Assembly (NCBI RefSeq): GCF_004376175.1
Contig: NZ_SNUY01000040.1
Location: 1-32,000 of the forward strand
Reading direction: 5' to 3'
Length of the DNA stretch: 32,000 bases
Source: Halalkalibacterium halodurans
GTDB lineage: Bacteria > Bacillota > Bacilli > Bacillales > Bacillaceae_D
A model generated the notes under the pieces. It saw only the letters and a program-made list of their open reading frames with translations, had not been told where the DNA came from and searched no databases. The position numbers and the translations under genes are program-made. Within the stretch, counting starts at the first letter, position 1; each line of letters opens with the position of its first letter. Shown here in pieces: positions 1-8,533 of the stretch.

Positions 1-170
1 CTGTTTTTTAAAACACGATTTAAGACCAAGGGAGAAGTATGCCCAAAAACAGGCATTTTTCCGCTCCTCATTCTAGAAAGATGCTTTTCAGAAGAAAATA
101 ACCATGATTCTTTCAAAGGGATCGGGAGTCTAATCGTTTTTGGCCTAAAACCCTGATTTATGTTCGAGGT

Positions 171-1675
171 ATGAATAATTCAGGTTACTATTTGTCATTA
201 GCTTGATCTCTAGTATTCTGGTAGGATGTGCAGAAAGTGAATCGGGAACAGCTTCAAATGAAGGGGAAGAGAATACAGAAAAATCGATCACTTTTTCTTG
301 GCCGAGGGATATCGGGCCAATGAACCCCCATGTTTACAATCCTTCACAATTGTTTGCTCAATCGATGATTTATGAACCATTGGTCAGCTATACGGAAGGG
401 GGAGAGCTGCAACCCCACCTTGCTGATTCTTGGACGATTTCCGAAGATGGTAAAGAGTATACGTTCAAGCTTCGTGAAGGTGTGCAATTTTCAGACGGGA
501 CGCCTTTTAATGCAGAGATTGTGAAAAAGAATTTTGACACGTGGATTGAACATTCAAGCCTCCATAGTTGGCTCGGGGTAATGAATGTATTAGAAAAGAC
601 TGAAGTAGTAGACGAGTTTACATTCAAAATGGTGTTAAAAGAACCTTATTATCCTGCGTTACAAGATTTGGCGGTCGTCCGTCCAGTACGTTTCCTGGGT
701 GAAGCCGGTTTTCCTGACGGTGGAGACACTTCCCAAGGAATAAAAGAACCAATCGGGACAGGCCCTTGGATGTTATCTGATTACAAGCAAGACGAATATG
801 CGGTGTTTACCCGCAACCCGAACTATTGGGGAGAAAGTCCAAAGATTGATAAAGTCACGGTAAAAATTATTCCGGACGCAGAAACACGGGTTCTTGCTTT
901 TGAAAGTGGCGAACTGGATTTAATTTTTGGAGAAGGGGTCATTAGTATGGATGCCTTCAATCAATTGAAAGAATCCGGTCAATACGGAACGGATCTGTCG
1001 GAACCTGTTGGAACACGTAGCTTGCTCTTAAATACATCAAATGAAAAACTAGCAGACTTGCGAGTTCGCTTAGCATGGATTTAACAAACAGGCGATGGTA
1101 GAAGGCGTTACCCTTGGCTGGGAAGAGAAGGCGGATAACATTCTATCCACAAACTTCCCGTACACAGATATAGATGTTGAGCCAATCGAATACGATGTGG
1201 AGCAAGCAAATGCATATTTGGATGAAGCAGGATGGGAGTTACCTGCTGGTAAAACCGTGCGAGAAAAGAACGGAGAACAACTCGAACTAGAGTTGATCTA
1301 CGATAAAACAGATCCAATCCAAAAAGCGATGGCCGAAACGATGCAAGCCGAATGGGCAGCAATCGGTGTCAAGCTAGACATTACAGGGTTAGAATTAACG
1401 ACACAAATTCAACGACGAAGAGCCGGAGACTTTGATGTGGATTTTTGGTATAACTACGGGGCGCCGTATGATCCTCATTCCTTTATCAATGTTGTGGCCG
1501 AAGCCGGATGGGGGGGGTTGCAGAAGCCCATTCCAACTTGTCGATGAAAGAAGAATTAGATGAGCAAGTAAGAGCCACTCTTGCATCTACGGATGAGACA
1601 GAACGGCAAGAGCTTTACGGTTCGATTTTGAACACGCTACAGGAGCAATCGGTGTTTGTGCCAATCTCTTATATT
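171..1675 (+). pseudogene. nikA: NikA-like (family 5) ABC substrate-binding lipoprotein, 5' portion; multiple frameshifts and 3' end severed by an IS insertion
   Basis: Three consecutive ORF pieces (203-1084, 1095-1547, 1508-1711) read colinearly like E. coli NikA: SWPRDIGPMNPHVYNPSQLFAQSMIYEPLV, PIGTGPW, YGAPYDPH, VPISYI. Frame changes lie near 1071-1095 and in the G8 run 1510-1517. The lipoprotein signal FRLLFVISLISSILVGC (from 179) is out of frame with the only nearby ATG (171). The reading frame is cut at 1675/1676 by an IS end. Confidence 0.85.
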
Positions 1676-1687
1676 GAGCATTTTGCA
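1671..1687. repeat. Target-site duplication ATATT (1671-1675) plus left terminal inverted repeat GAGCATTTTGCA (1676-1687) of the outer IS
   Basis: The exact reverse complement TGCAAAATGCTC is at 4551-4562 and is followed by a second ATATT at 4563-4567. Confidence 0.8.
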
Positions 1688-1802
1688 TATTTTTTGACCC
1701 AAGAGCCATAAGGATTTCAAAGACATAAAAAAGGACTTCACCCCTAAAATGTAGAATTTTTGAAGTGACGAAACCACAAAAATTCAAAAGGAGGAAGTCA
1801 CT

Positions 1803-3005
1803 TTGTATATTCTACAAGAAAGCCTATTTTCCTTTGAAGAACTGCAAAAATTAGAGTCAAAAGAGAAATTACCTATCTTTTTTAGCTCGCTTGATTTACG
1901 CCCTTATGCTAAACAGTTGAGAAGTTCTTCACCCCGAGGGGCTGACGGTCATTCCAGAGAAGGGATTCTAAGGGCTCTCATCGCTGCCCCACTCGAAGGC
2001 ATCGACACCTTTACCGCCCTTCATCATCGATTGGATAAAGACCTTCGTTTCCGTTATCAATGCGGTTTATCGATTGATCGCCCCGCACCGTCTATCTCCA
2101 CTCTCAGCCGGGTTTTTGCGGCACTTACCAAAAAAAAGCTGGCTGAAAAGATCTTCCTTGACTTGGTACAGTTAGCTCAGGAGGAAGGAATAATTGACGG
2201 CAGCCACCAGGCCATCGACAGTGCCGCCATTGATGCCTATGAAAAGAAACAGCCCAAAAAGCGTAGTGAACAAACGGGTAATGCCAATTGGGGCGCAAAA
2301 TATGATTCCTTCGGCAATAAAATTACCTGGTTTGGCTATAAGATGCATCTTTCAGTCGATACCGCAAGCGAACTGCCAATGGCCATAAAAGTAACCCCTG
2401 CCCATGTGAACGATGGAGAAGTCGCACCAGAATTAATAGAGCAAGTGGCAGAGCGTACCAAATCCAAAATTGAATTTCTGATCATGGATGGCGGATATGA
2501 CCAACTAAAAAACTATGAATCAGCCAAAAACATTGGAGCGCAAGCCATTATCCCGCTCAATTTGCGCAACGAAAAAGAGCCTCCTGAAGGGATTTCTTCC
2601 AATGGAACTCCGCGTTGTTCCATGGGTTATGAAATGACTTATTGGGGAGCTGATAAGGACCAGCTCAAGTTCAGATGTCCTCACGCAACCGGCAAAGTGG
2701 ATTGCCCATTAGGAATGGCAGCCTGTTCATCTTCCAACTATGGAATGGTGGTAAAAGTCGACATCAAAAAGGATGTGCGCCGATATTCCAATCCGCACCG
2801 TGATACAAAACGTTGGAAAGAGCTTTACAACGAGAGGACAAGTGTAGAACGCTGTAATTCAAGAATGAAAAGCTACCTTACGGCGAACTCCCTACATGTA
2901 TGGGGAATTGAAAAAGTAAAGACCCATATTTACCTGAACGCTATTGTATTACTTGTTTCAGCGCTAGCGATGGCAAAGGAAAATAAAGGGAAGAAAGCCG
3001 CTTAA
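1803..3005 (+). CDS. DDE transposase of the outer IS (InsH-type N-terminal domain plus DDE_Tnp_1-like core)
   Basis: 400-aa intact ORF with a TTG start preceded by AAAGGAGGAAG. Candidate DDE residues lie in AIDSAAIDAY and LIMDGGYD. The Y-x2-R-x3-E-x6-K signature is present in YNERTSVERCNSRMK. A Cys-rich insert (CSMGY...RCPH...CPLGMAAC) is present. Confidence 0.8.
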   Translation: MYILQESLFSFEELQKLESKEKLPIFFSSLDLRPYAKQLRSSSPRGADGHSREGILRALIAAPLEGIDTFTALHHRLDKDLRFRYQCGLSIDRPAPSISTLSRVFAALTKKKLAEKIFLDLVQLAQEEGIIDGSHQAIDSAAIDAYEKKQPKKRSEQTGNANWGAKYDSFGNKITWFGYKMHLSVDTASELPMAIKVTPAHVNDGEVAPELIEQVAERTKSKIEFLIMDGGYDQLKNYESAKNIGAQAIIPLNLRNEKEPPEGISSNGTPRCSMGYEMTYWGADKDQLKFRCPHATGKVDCPLGMAACSSSNYGMVVKVDIKKDVRRYSNPHRDTKRWKELYNERTSVERCNSRMKSYLTANSLHVWGIEKVKTHIYLNAIVLLVSALAMAKENKGKKAA

Positions 3006-3118
3006 AAAAATTCAATGTGAAAAATTCTGTAGGTATGCCCGAAAACAAGATTATTGTTATATTTTGTAAAATAACATGCTGGTAGCTATTTGTCGAGTGC
3101 TTTATTTTTTATACTTTT

Positions 3119-3141
3119 ATCCCAAAACACTAGTGTTGCAT
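3119..3141. repeat. 9-bp target-site duplication ATCCCAAAA (3119-3127) plus left IR CACTAGTGTTGCAT (3128-3141) of the nested IS
   Basis: The reverse-complement IR ATGCAACACTAGTG is at 4519-4532 and is followed by an identical ATCCCAAAA at 4533-4541. Confidence 0.85.
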
Positions 3142-4532
3142 TAATTTAATTTGATTATTAAAAATACTTCAAATGTTCAATGAAGTTATTTTATGCAAAG
3201 AAAAAGTCCTTTATAATGGATAAGTTAGGTGGTAATCCCGTCCAAATCCAATAAAAAGGACCAATCTCATGGACAAGATTACACGAAAAACTTCATTTGG
3301 ACAATGGTTTTCACCAATAAATCTTCAATTATTTGAAGAACAGGTGAAAACGATGAAATTAGATCGCTATACGAAAAAATTAACGACAGAGTCATTTCTA
3401 AAATTACTGCTTTTTGCGCAACTACATGAAGTCGAAAGTCTCCATGCCCTAAGGGATTGCCTATTCGATGATCAGCTTCAAAAAGGGGTCGACCTTGATT
3501 CGATCAGTATTTCTCAACTTTCACGACGATTAAATGGGATGAATCCAGATTTATTCCAACGGCTTTTCCTTGATTTGGTCGCACAAATTCATGCCAAAAC
3601 ACATTACACCAAACTCGTCATGCCGTTAAAAATCATTGATTCCAGCACATTGCCACTGAATTTGACCAACCATAAATGGGCAGAGTTCCGCAAAACAAAA
3701 GCAGGAGTGAAACTACATTTGCGCCTTGTTTTTATGGAAAAAGGGATCTCCTATCCTGAAAAGGCTGTGCTCACAACGGCAAAAGAACATGATCGTGGTC
3801 AACTAGAAATCATGGTAGACGACAAAGAATGCATGTATGTGTTTGACCGTGGCTATCTAGACTATGAACGCTTTGATCGCATGACAGATGATGGTTACTT
3901 TTTTCTATCTAGACTCCGTAAAAACGCAGTCATACGAGAAGTTTACGAATTTAAACTACCCGAGAATTCGACTATTCTATCCGATCAAATGGTGTTGATT
4001 GGTACAACTCAAAACCGCTCGGAGAACTACTTTCGTCTTCTAAGAGTGATTGATTCAAAAGGAAATGAACTTCAGTTACTGACAAATCGTTTCGATTTGA
4101 GTGCCGAAGAAATTTCAGAGATGTATAAATCACGCTGGGCCATTGAGTTGTTTTTCAAATGGATTAAGCAGCATCTCAGTATCAAAAAATTCTACGGTCA
4201 AAGTGAATGGGCGATCCACAATCAAGTGTTTATTGCATTAATCGTTTTTTGCCTCCATGTTCTCGTACAACTCGAGACGAAAAGCAAGCGAAAAACCTTA
4301 CAAATTAGTCGTTATCTAAGAGCTGCTTTGTGGAAGCCAGCGTATATTTGGCTTCGAAAAATCGAAGGGAAAACCATTCCTTAATAAATAAACTGTCGTC
4401 GTCGTAAATGTCTAATTGTAAATAAATTTCCAAATGGATGGAACCACCTTTACTTGGGTATTTACCTTTTTGGCTCTGAACTAGAAAAAATATTAAACTG
4501 AAAATTCAGTCATTATTTATGCAACACTAGTG
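3128..4532 (+). mobile_element. Nested IS4-family insertion sequence, 1405 bp, inserted into the right-end non-coding part of the outer IS
   Basis: 14-bp perfect terminal IRs, a 9-bp TSD and one transposase ORF occupying most of the element. Confidence 0.85.
3269..4384 (+). CDS. IS4-family DDE transposase
   Basis: 371-aa intact ORF. It carries the YREK signature YKSRWAIELFFKWIK, the DDE-like motif VFDRGYLDYERF and the typical IS4 C-terminal region. Confidence 0.85.
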   Translation: MDKITRKTSFGQWFSPINLQLFEEQVKTMKLDRYTKKLTTESFLKLLLFAQLHEVESLHALRDCLFDDQLQKGVDLDSISISQLSRRLNGMNPDLFQRLFLDLVAQIHAKTHYTKLVMPLKIIDSSTLPLNLTNHKWAEFRKTKAGVKLHLRLVFMEKGISYPEKAVLTTAKEHDRGQLEIMVDDKECMYVFDRGYLDYERFDRMTDDGYFFLSRLRKNAVIREVYEFKLPENSTILSDQMVLIGTTQNRSENYFRLLRVIDSKGNELQLLTNRFDLSAEEISEMYKSRWAIELFFKWIKQHLSIKKFYGQSEWAIHNQVFIALIVFCLHVLVQLETKSKRKTLQISRYLRAALWKPAYIWLRKIEGKTIP

Positions 4533-4567
4533 ATCCCAAAAATCTAATTTTGCAAAATGCTCATATT
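4519..4567. repeat. Right ends of both ISs: nested-IS IRR (4519-4532), its TSD copy (4533-4541), outer-IS right terminus (4542-4562, IRR 4551-4562) and the outer TSD copy ATATT (4563-4567)
   Basis: Direct sequence comparison with 1671-1687 and 3119-3141. Confidence 0.8.
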
Positions 4568-4663
4568 AAGAAAACAGTTGTGTATCAGGAGAATGTAAAT
4601 GAATTTATTTTCCCAGCGAATCGGGATGAACACCCATTTAACGGGATTGATGTGAGCAACTAA
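4568..4663 (+). pseudogene. nikA: 3' remnant of nikA (last 31 codons plus stop)
   Basis: It reads KKTVVYQENVNEFIFPANRDEHPFNGIDVSN*. It is in frame with codon ATT 1673-1675 once the IS block is removed, and it matches the NikA-family C-terminus. Confidence 0.8.
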
Positions 4664-4679
4664 ACGTAGGAGGCCGTGG

Positions 4680-5623
4680 ATGGTTAGCTATATCGCGAAA
4701 CGGATTTTCGCAGTGATTCCCATTGTTCTCTTTGCGATTTTCATCATGTTTGTTTTTATACGCCTCTCACCGGTGGATCCGGCTGAGGCGTATCTAACGG
4801 CAGCTAATATTCATCCAACCGAGGAACTCTTGGCTGAGAAGCGACATGAATTTGGGTTGGATCAGCCTATGGCCGTTCAATATGTCCAAACGATCGTGAA
4901 GGTTTTCCAACTGGATTTCGGTCACTCTTATGTTACGAATCAACCAGTTTGGGATGAGGTCACGGCTAGGATGCCTGCCACGTTGCAGCTTGCGGTTAGC
5001 AGTATTTTTCTGGCCGTCCTTATCAGCATTCCACTCGGTTTCTTATCAGCCATTTATAAAAACAGCCTGATTGATCGATTCAGCAGGCTGCTCTCTTATT
5101 TAGGTGCTTCGATTCCTCAATTTTGGCTAGGATATTTATTAATCTTTTTTTCTCGGTCAAGCTGAATCTATTTCCGGTCGAAGGAAGGGGATCTTGGGCG
5201 CATCTTGTGCTACCAACTGTCACCCTATCACTGGCGCTAATTGCCATCTATACTCGTCTCTTGCGTGCCAGTGTCCTAGAGCAAATGCAGGAGTCTTATG
5301 TTTTGTATGCCAGGACGCGAGGCATTAAAGAAAAAGTCATCATGGTGAAGCATGTGCTGAAACTAGCGATTTCACCTGTTATTACAGGACTAGGTATGAA
5401 TGTAGGGAAATTGCTGACTGGGACGATTATCGTAGAACAAGTATTTTCTTGGCCTGGGTTCGGGCGTTATTTTGTTGATGCGATTTTTAACCGAGACATT
5501 CCCGTGATCCAATGTTACGTGCTGTTAGCTGCATGTCTGTTCATTGTGTGCAATTTAATTGTGGATCTTGTGCAACTGGTAATGGATCCTCGTATTTCAT
5601 TGAAAGGAAGGGCCGAATATTGA
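4680..5623 (+). pseudogene. nikB: ABC permease NikB/DppB-like, split by a -1/+1 frameshift in the T7 run 5145-5151
   Basis: ORFs 4680-5165 and 5123-5623 together form a typical 314-aa BPD permease: IPQFWLGYLLIFF | SVKLNLFPVEGRG. AGGAGG lies 7 nt upstream of ATG 4680. This may be real decay or a homopolymer sequencing error. Confidence 0.75.
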
Positions 5624-6453
5624 TTTCGAGTATGCAGATCGCCTTGAAAAGTCAGAAGACCGTGGTCGTATGCTCGGTCATTTTATTCGTTTTTTTCCTC
5701 GTGGCCATCTTGGCTCCGTGGATTGCTCCCCATGATCCGATTCAAGTGAATTTGGCGCTCAAGCTGTTGCCACCTTCGTGGGAATATCCGTTAGGTACCG
5801 ACCAGTTGGGGCGCTGCAATCTGTCGCGACTTCTATTTGGAGCACGTGTTTCGTTAGGGTTTGCCACTTTGATCTTTATTTCCTCCCTAGGAATTGGATT
5901 GCTGGTAGGGGCGATTGCTGGTTATAGGGGAGGCTGGATTGATAGTGTATTAATGCGCTTCTGTGAAGGGGTTATGGCGTTTCCGAATCTCGTGCTCGTT
6001 CTTGGATTAGTCGGGTTATTCGGTCCTGGATTGTGGCAGGTGGTTTTGGCCTTAGTGATGGTTCAATGGGTGTATTATGCTCGGATGTTTCGTAGCATGA
6101 TCGTCAGTTTGAAGGAGCAAAACTTCATTACGGCTGCCCGAATAAGTGGATCGTCGCCATGGAAGATCATTAGGCGTCATATCATCCCCAATGTTCTTCC
6201 CCCGATTGTGGTCATCGGCACACTAGAAATGGGGTGGGCCATCATGGACATTTCCGCACTTTCATTTCTAGGACTTGGGATTCAGCCACCTACTCCAGAG
6301 TGGGGAGCGATGATTCATGAGGGGAAATCGTTTATTCGGAGTCATCCTGAATTAATGCTCTATCCCGGGATTATGATATTGCTTGTGGTCATGACGTTTA
6401 ATGTTTTAGGTGAATCTTTATCGGGTCGGTTTGGCATTAAACGACGTTTCTAA
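5620..6453 (+). CDS. nikC: ABC permease NikC/DppC-like
   Basis: The BPD-transporter fold motif ARISGSSPWKIIRRHIIPNV is present. The likely TTG start at 5620 overlaps the nikB stop (ATTGA) and sits 7 nt after AAGGAAGGG. ATG 5632 is the alternative start. Confidence 0.8.
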   Translation: MISSMQIALKSQKTVVVCSVILFVFFLVAILAPWIAPHDPIQVNLALKLLPPSWEYPLGTDQLGRCNLSRLLFGARVSLGFATLIFISSLGIGLLVGAIAGYRGGWIDSVLMRFCEGVMAFPNLVLVLGLVGLFGPGLWQVVLALVMVQWVYYARMFRSMIVSLKEQNFITAARISGSSPWKIIRRHIIPNVLPPIVVIGTLEMGWAIMDISALSFLGLGIQPPTPEWGAMIHEGKSFIRSHPELMLYPGIMILLVVMTFNVLGESLSGRFGIKRRF

Positions 6454-6459
6454 AAAGGA

Positions 6460-7299
6460 ATGAGGAAATTGATAAATAACAATCATCATGTCTTGAAGGT
6501 GAGAAATTTAAACGTCAAAGTAAAGTCAGATCAGGGGATGCTTCCACTTGTTCAGGATCTTCAGTTAGAGCTGAAACGAGGCAAAGTACTCGGTCTTGTT
6601 GGTGAAAGTGGTAGCGGGAAAACAATGACCTGTATGTCGATATTACAGCTTTTAGATCGGAAAACAACTTGCATAGAAGGAAGCATCCAATTGCAAGGAC
6701 GTGAGCTAAATGGCTTAAAGGCAGAAGACATGCGGACGATTCGCGGGAAAGAGGTTGGCTACATTATGCAAAACCCGATGAATGCCTTCTCGCCAGTATT
6801 TACGATTGGTAATCAATTTATTGAAACGATTCGTACTCATACCGAACTGACAAAAAGGCAAGCGTTTGAGTTAGCGGTTGCTTCAATGGAAACGGTCCAT
6901 TTGCCGAAGCCATCTGAGTTGATGCGACGGTATCCGTTCCAGCTAAGCGGGGGAATGCTCCAACGGGTGATGATTGCGATCTCGATGTGTCTACGTCCAT
7001 CGGTCGTTATTGCTGATGAGCCGACAACAGCTTTAGATGTGACGAACCAATTACAAGTACTAAAGGAGTTAGATCGACTTCGCTTAGAATCTGATTCAGC
7101 CATCCTTTTGATTTCCCATGATTTAGGGGTGATCGCAGAACTAGCTGACGAAGTGGCGGTAATGCAAAAGGGACGAATCGTGGAAAAAGCAGACGTCTTT
7201 CAACTATTTGATCACCCTCAGCATGAATATACGAAAAAGCTTTTACAGGCGAGGCCCACATTGCCAATCTATGAACAGGCTCGAGAGTTCGCCTTTTAA
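6460..7299 (+). CDS. nikD: ABC ATP-binding protein NikD/OppD-like
   Basis: Walker A GESGSGKT, signature LSGGMLQR and Walker B VIADEPTTALD. The start codon is uncertain because the SD spacing for ATG 6460 is poor. Confidence 0.85.
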   Translation: MRKLINNNHHVLKVRNLNVKVKSDQGMLPLVQDLQLELKRGKVLGLVGESGSGKTMTCMSILQLLDRKTTCIEGSIQLQGRELNGLKAEDMRTIRGKEVGYIMQNPMNAFSPVFTIGNQFIETIRTHTELTKRQAFELAVASMETVHLPKPSELMRRYPFQLSGGMLQRVMIAISMCLRPSVVIADEPTTALDVTNQLQVLKELDRLRLESDSAILLISHDLGVIAELADEVAVMQKGRIVEKADVFQLFDHPQHEYTKKLLQARPTLPIYEQAREFAF

Positions 7300-7322
7300 A
7301 ATTTGTGGAAGGAGGTGGGCAA

Positions 7323-8138
7323 GTGAGTTTACTAGAAGTGAGAGATGTGACCCATACGTATCGTACCTCCCTTTTGTTTTGGCGTGCGAAACAGCGGGCA
7401 CCTGTTCTTACCAATGTGTCCCTTTCGATCGAAGAAGGGATGTGTATGGGGCTCCTTGGAACGAGTGGAGCAGGGAAAAGCACGTTAGGTAAAGTCATCC
7501 TTGGTCTTGCAAAGCCACAAAAAGGAACGGTTTTTTTCCAAGGACAAGATCTTTATCAAATGGACCCGAAATCCCGTAGACGTGTTCGCCGTGATCTTCA
7601 AGTCGTTTTTCAAGATTGCTATTCGTCCGTAAATCCGCGGATGACTGCTGAGCAAATCATCGGGGAACCTTTGGAAAACTACGAAAGATTGTCCGCCTCC
7701 GAACAGAAACGAAAGATTGCTCATTTACTAGACATGGTCGGGCTTCGTTCGGACGATATGAGAAAATACCCCCGTGAATTTAGCGGAGGGCAACTCCAAA
7801 GAATTAATATTGCGAGAGCCATTGCGTTAAAGCCGAAGCTCGTTGTATTAGATGAATCTGTAAGTAGTTTAGATATGGTTAATCAAACCGTAATTTTGGA
7901 ATTATTACGTGAATTAAAGGCAGTGTTCGGCCTTTCTTATCTTTTTATCACGCATGACATAAAAGCGGCGTACTCCATTTCCGATGAATTAGCTGTTACG
8001 GAGAAAGGACAGCTAATAGAACAATGCAAGGACAAAGCTCAACTCTTTTCGTCCAAGCATCCTGCTGTAAAGAATCTGCTCTCTTCCATCCTTTCTGAGC
8101 ACCCTCGGCATCGGTCCATTTCTACGGGGAGTGTTTGA
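7323..8138 (+). CDS. nikE: ABC ATP-binding protein NikE/OppF-like
   Basis: Walker A GTSGAGKST, signature FSGGQLQR and Walker B VVLDESVSSLD. GTG 7323 lies 5-6 nt after GGAAGGAGGTG. The ORF track starts at GTG 7305. Confidence 0.85.
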   Translation: MSLLEVRDVTHTYRTSLLFWRAKQRAPVLTNVSLSIEEGMCMGLLGTSGAGKSTLGKVILGLAKPQKGTVFFQGQDLYQMDPKSRRRVRRDLQVVFQDCYSSVNPRMTAEQIIGEPLENYERLSASEQKRKIAHLLDMVGLRSDDMRKYPREFSGGQLQRINIARAIALKPKLVVLDESVSSLDMVNQTVILELLRELKAVFGLSYLFITHDIKAAYSISDELAVTEKGQLIEQCKDKAQLFSSKHPAVKNLLSSILSEHPRHRSISTGSV

Positions 8139-8252
8139 AATACACTCTTTCTTCGACGAGTGAGAACAAAGTACTTGAAAGAGACTCCCCTTGTAGAGGT
8201 GGATGGGGATGTAGAGAATTTTATCGTTCGCGATGATCCTGTAAGGGTGGCC

Positions 8253-8372
8253 CTAACCGACACCGCTAGTTTTTGAAGGGCGACCAAGTAATTTCCAAGC
8301 AGTATAGCCTTTTGATAGAAAATAAGCAATGAGTAATAAGCCAGCTAAGATACCATCAATCCATGCAATCAT
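8253..8372 (-). CDS. Hypothetical small membrane protein (39 aa if started at MIAWIDG; the ORF extends to 8441)
   Basis: There is one hydrophobic helix, IAWIDGILAGLLLIAYFL. The SD-like AGAGGGGG lies 5 nt upstream of the internal ATG at 8372, and there is no SD for the longer starts. No family was recognised. Confidence 0.25.
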   Translation of the reverse strand: MIAWIDGILAGLLLIAYFLSKGYTAWKLLGRPSKTSGVG

Positions 8373-8533
8373 CCCGGCCCCCTCTACACCGCCTTGATGG
8401 AAAGTTCCTTTATTAAGTACTCTAGTCATTTGTGATGACAAAAATAGGAATAAACTGTTATACTATGTAATCATCCACCTGAATGCCACCCACTCATAAA
8501 AAACGAATCTAGAAAAGAAGGCGATTGCTTTTG

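Larger units (their letters stand above)
1676..4562 (+). mobile_element. Outer IS element (IS4/IS5-superfamily, possibly IS1182/IS5-like). It is 1473 bp once the nested IS and one copy of the nested IS target duplication are removed. It is itself interrupted 21 bp from its right end.
   Basis: 12-bp perfect terminal IRs, a 5-bp direct repeat and a single transposase ORF. Deleting 1676-4567 (2892 bp, a multiple of 3) restores nikA in frame as PISYIKKTVVYQENV, which matches the NikA C-terminal region ISYISMMVVSKPELGNI. Confidence 0.8.

Noticed and set aside
37-53. The 17-mer GTATGCCCAAAAACAGG at the window start resembles GTATGCCCGAAAACAAG (3033-3049) in the 3' untranslated part of the outer IS. 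This hinted at another IS end upstream of nikA.
   Set aside because: Only 15/17 positions match and there is no similarity in the flanks. The outer IS termini (GAGCATTTTGCA) are absent from 1-170. This is most likely chance, or a small hairpin (ATGCC-N8-GGCAT followed by TTTTT).
2194-2388. Overlapping same-strand ORFs inside larger genes: 2194-2388, 7208-7492, 9135-9362, 16609-16836, 17650-17886, 18391-18645 and 22988-23203.
   Set aside because: They are alternative frames of confidently assigned CDSs, with no independent start signals and no recognisable domains.
1688-3110. An alternative boundary model for the first IS, using the shared octamer TATTTTTT (1688-1695 and 3103-3110) as the target duplication.
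   Set aside because: That model has no inverted repeats and yields an implausible NikA sequence (HFAYFLYFYPKN...). The 1676/4562 IR model gives perfect IRs and a family-consistent protein junction.
7007-7498. Long antisense ORFs opposite well-supported genes: 7007-7498, 15421-15918, 16950-17432, 26863-27237, 27412-27804, 8039-8329 and 11023-11250.
   Set aside because: Each lies fully inside or opposite a gene with strong family motifs. They lack SD sequences, and their compositions (Ser/Arg/Pro-rich, low complexity) are typical of antisense frames.
8139-8276. An open reading frame continues for 45 codons in frame directly after the nikE TGA stop (NTLFLRRVRTKYLKETPLVEVDGDVENFIVRDDPVRVALTDTASF). 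This suggested stop-codon read-through or a lost domain.
   Set aside because: NikE already has normal length for its family. A 45-codon open stretch has a chance probability of several percent at this base composition. The extension contains no recognisable motif.
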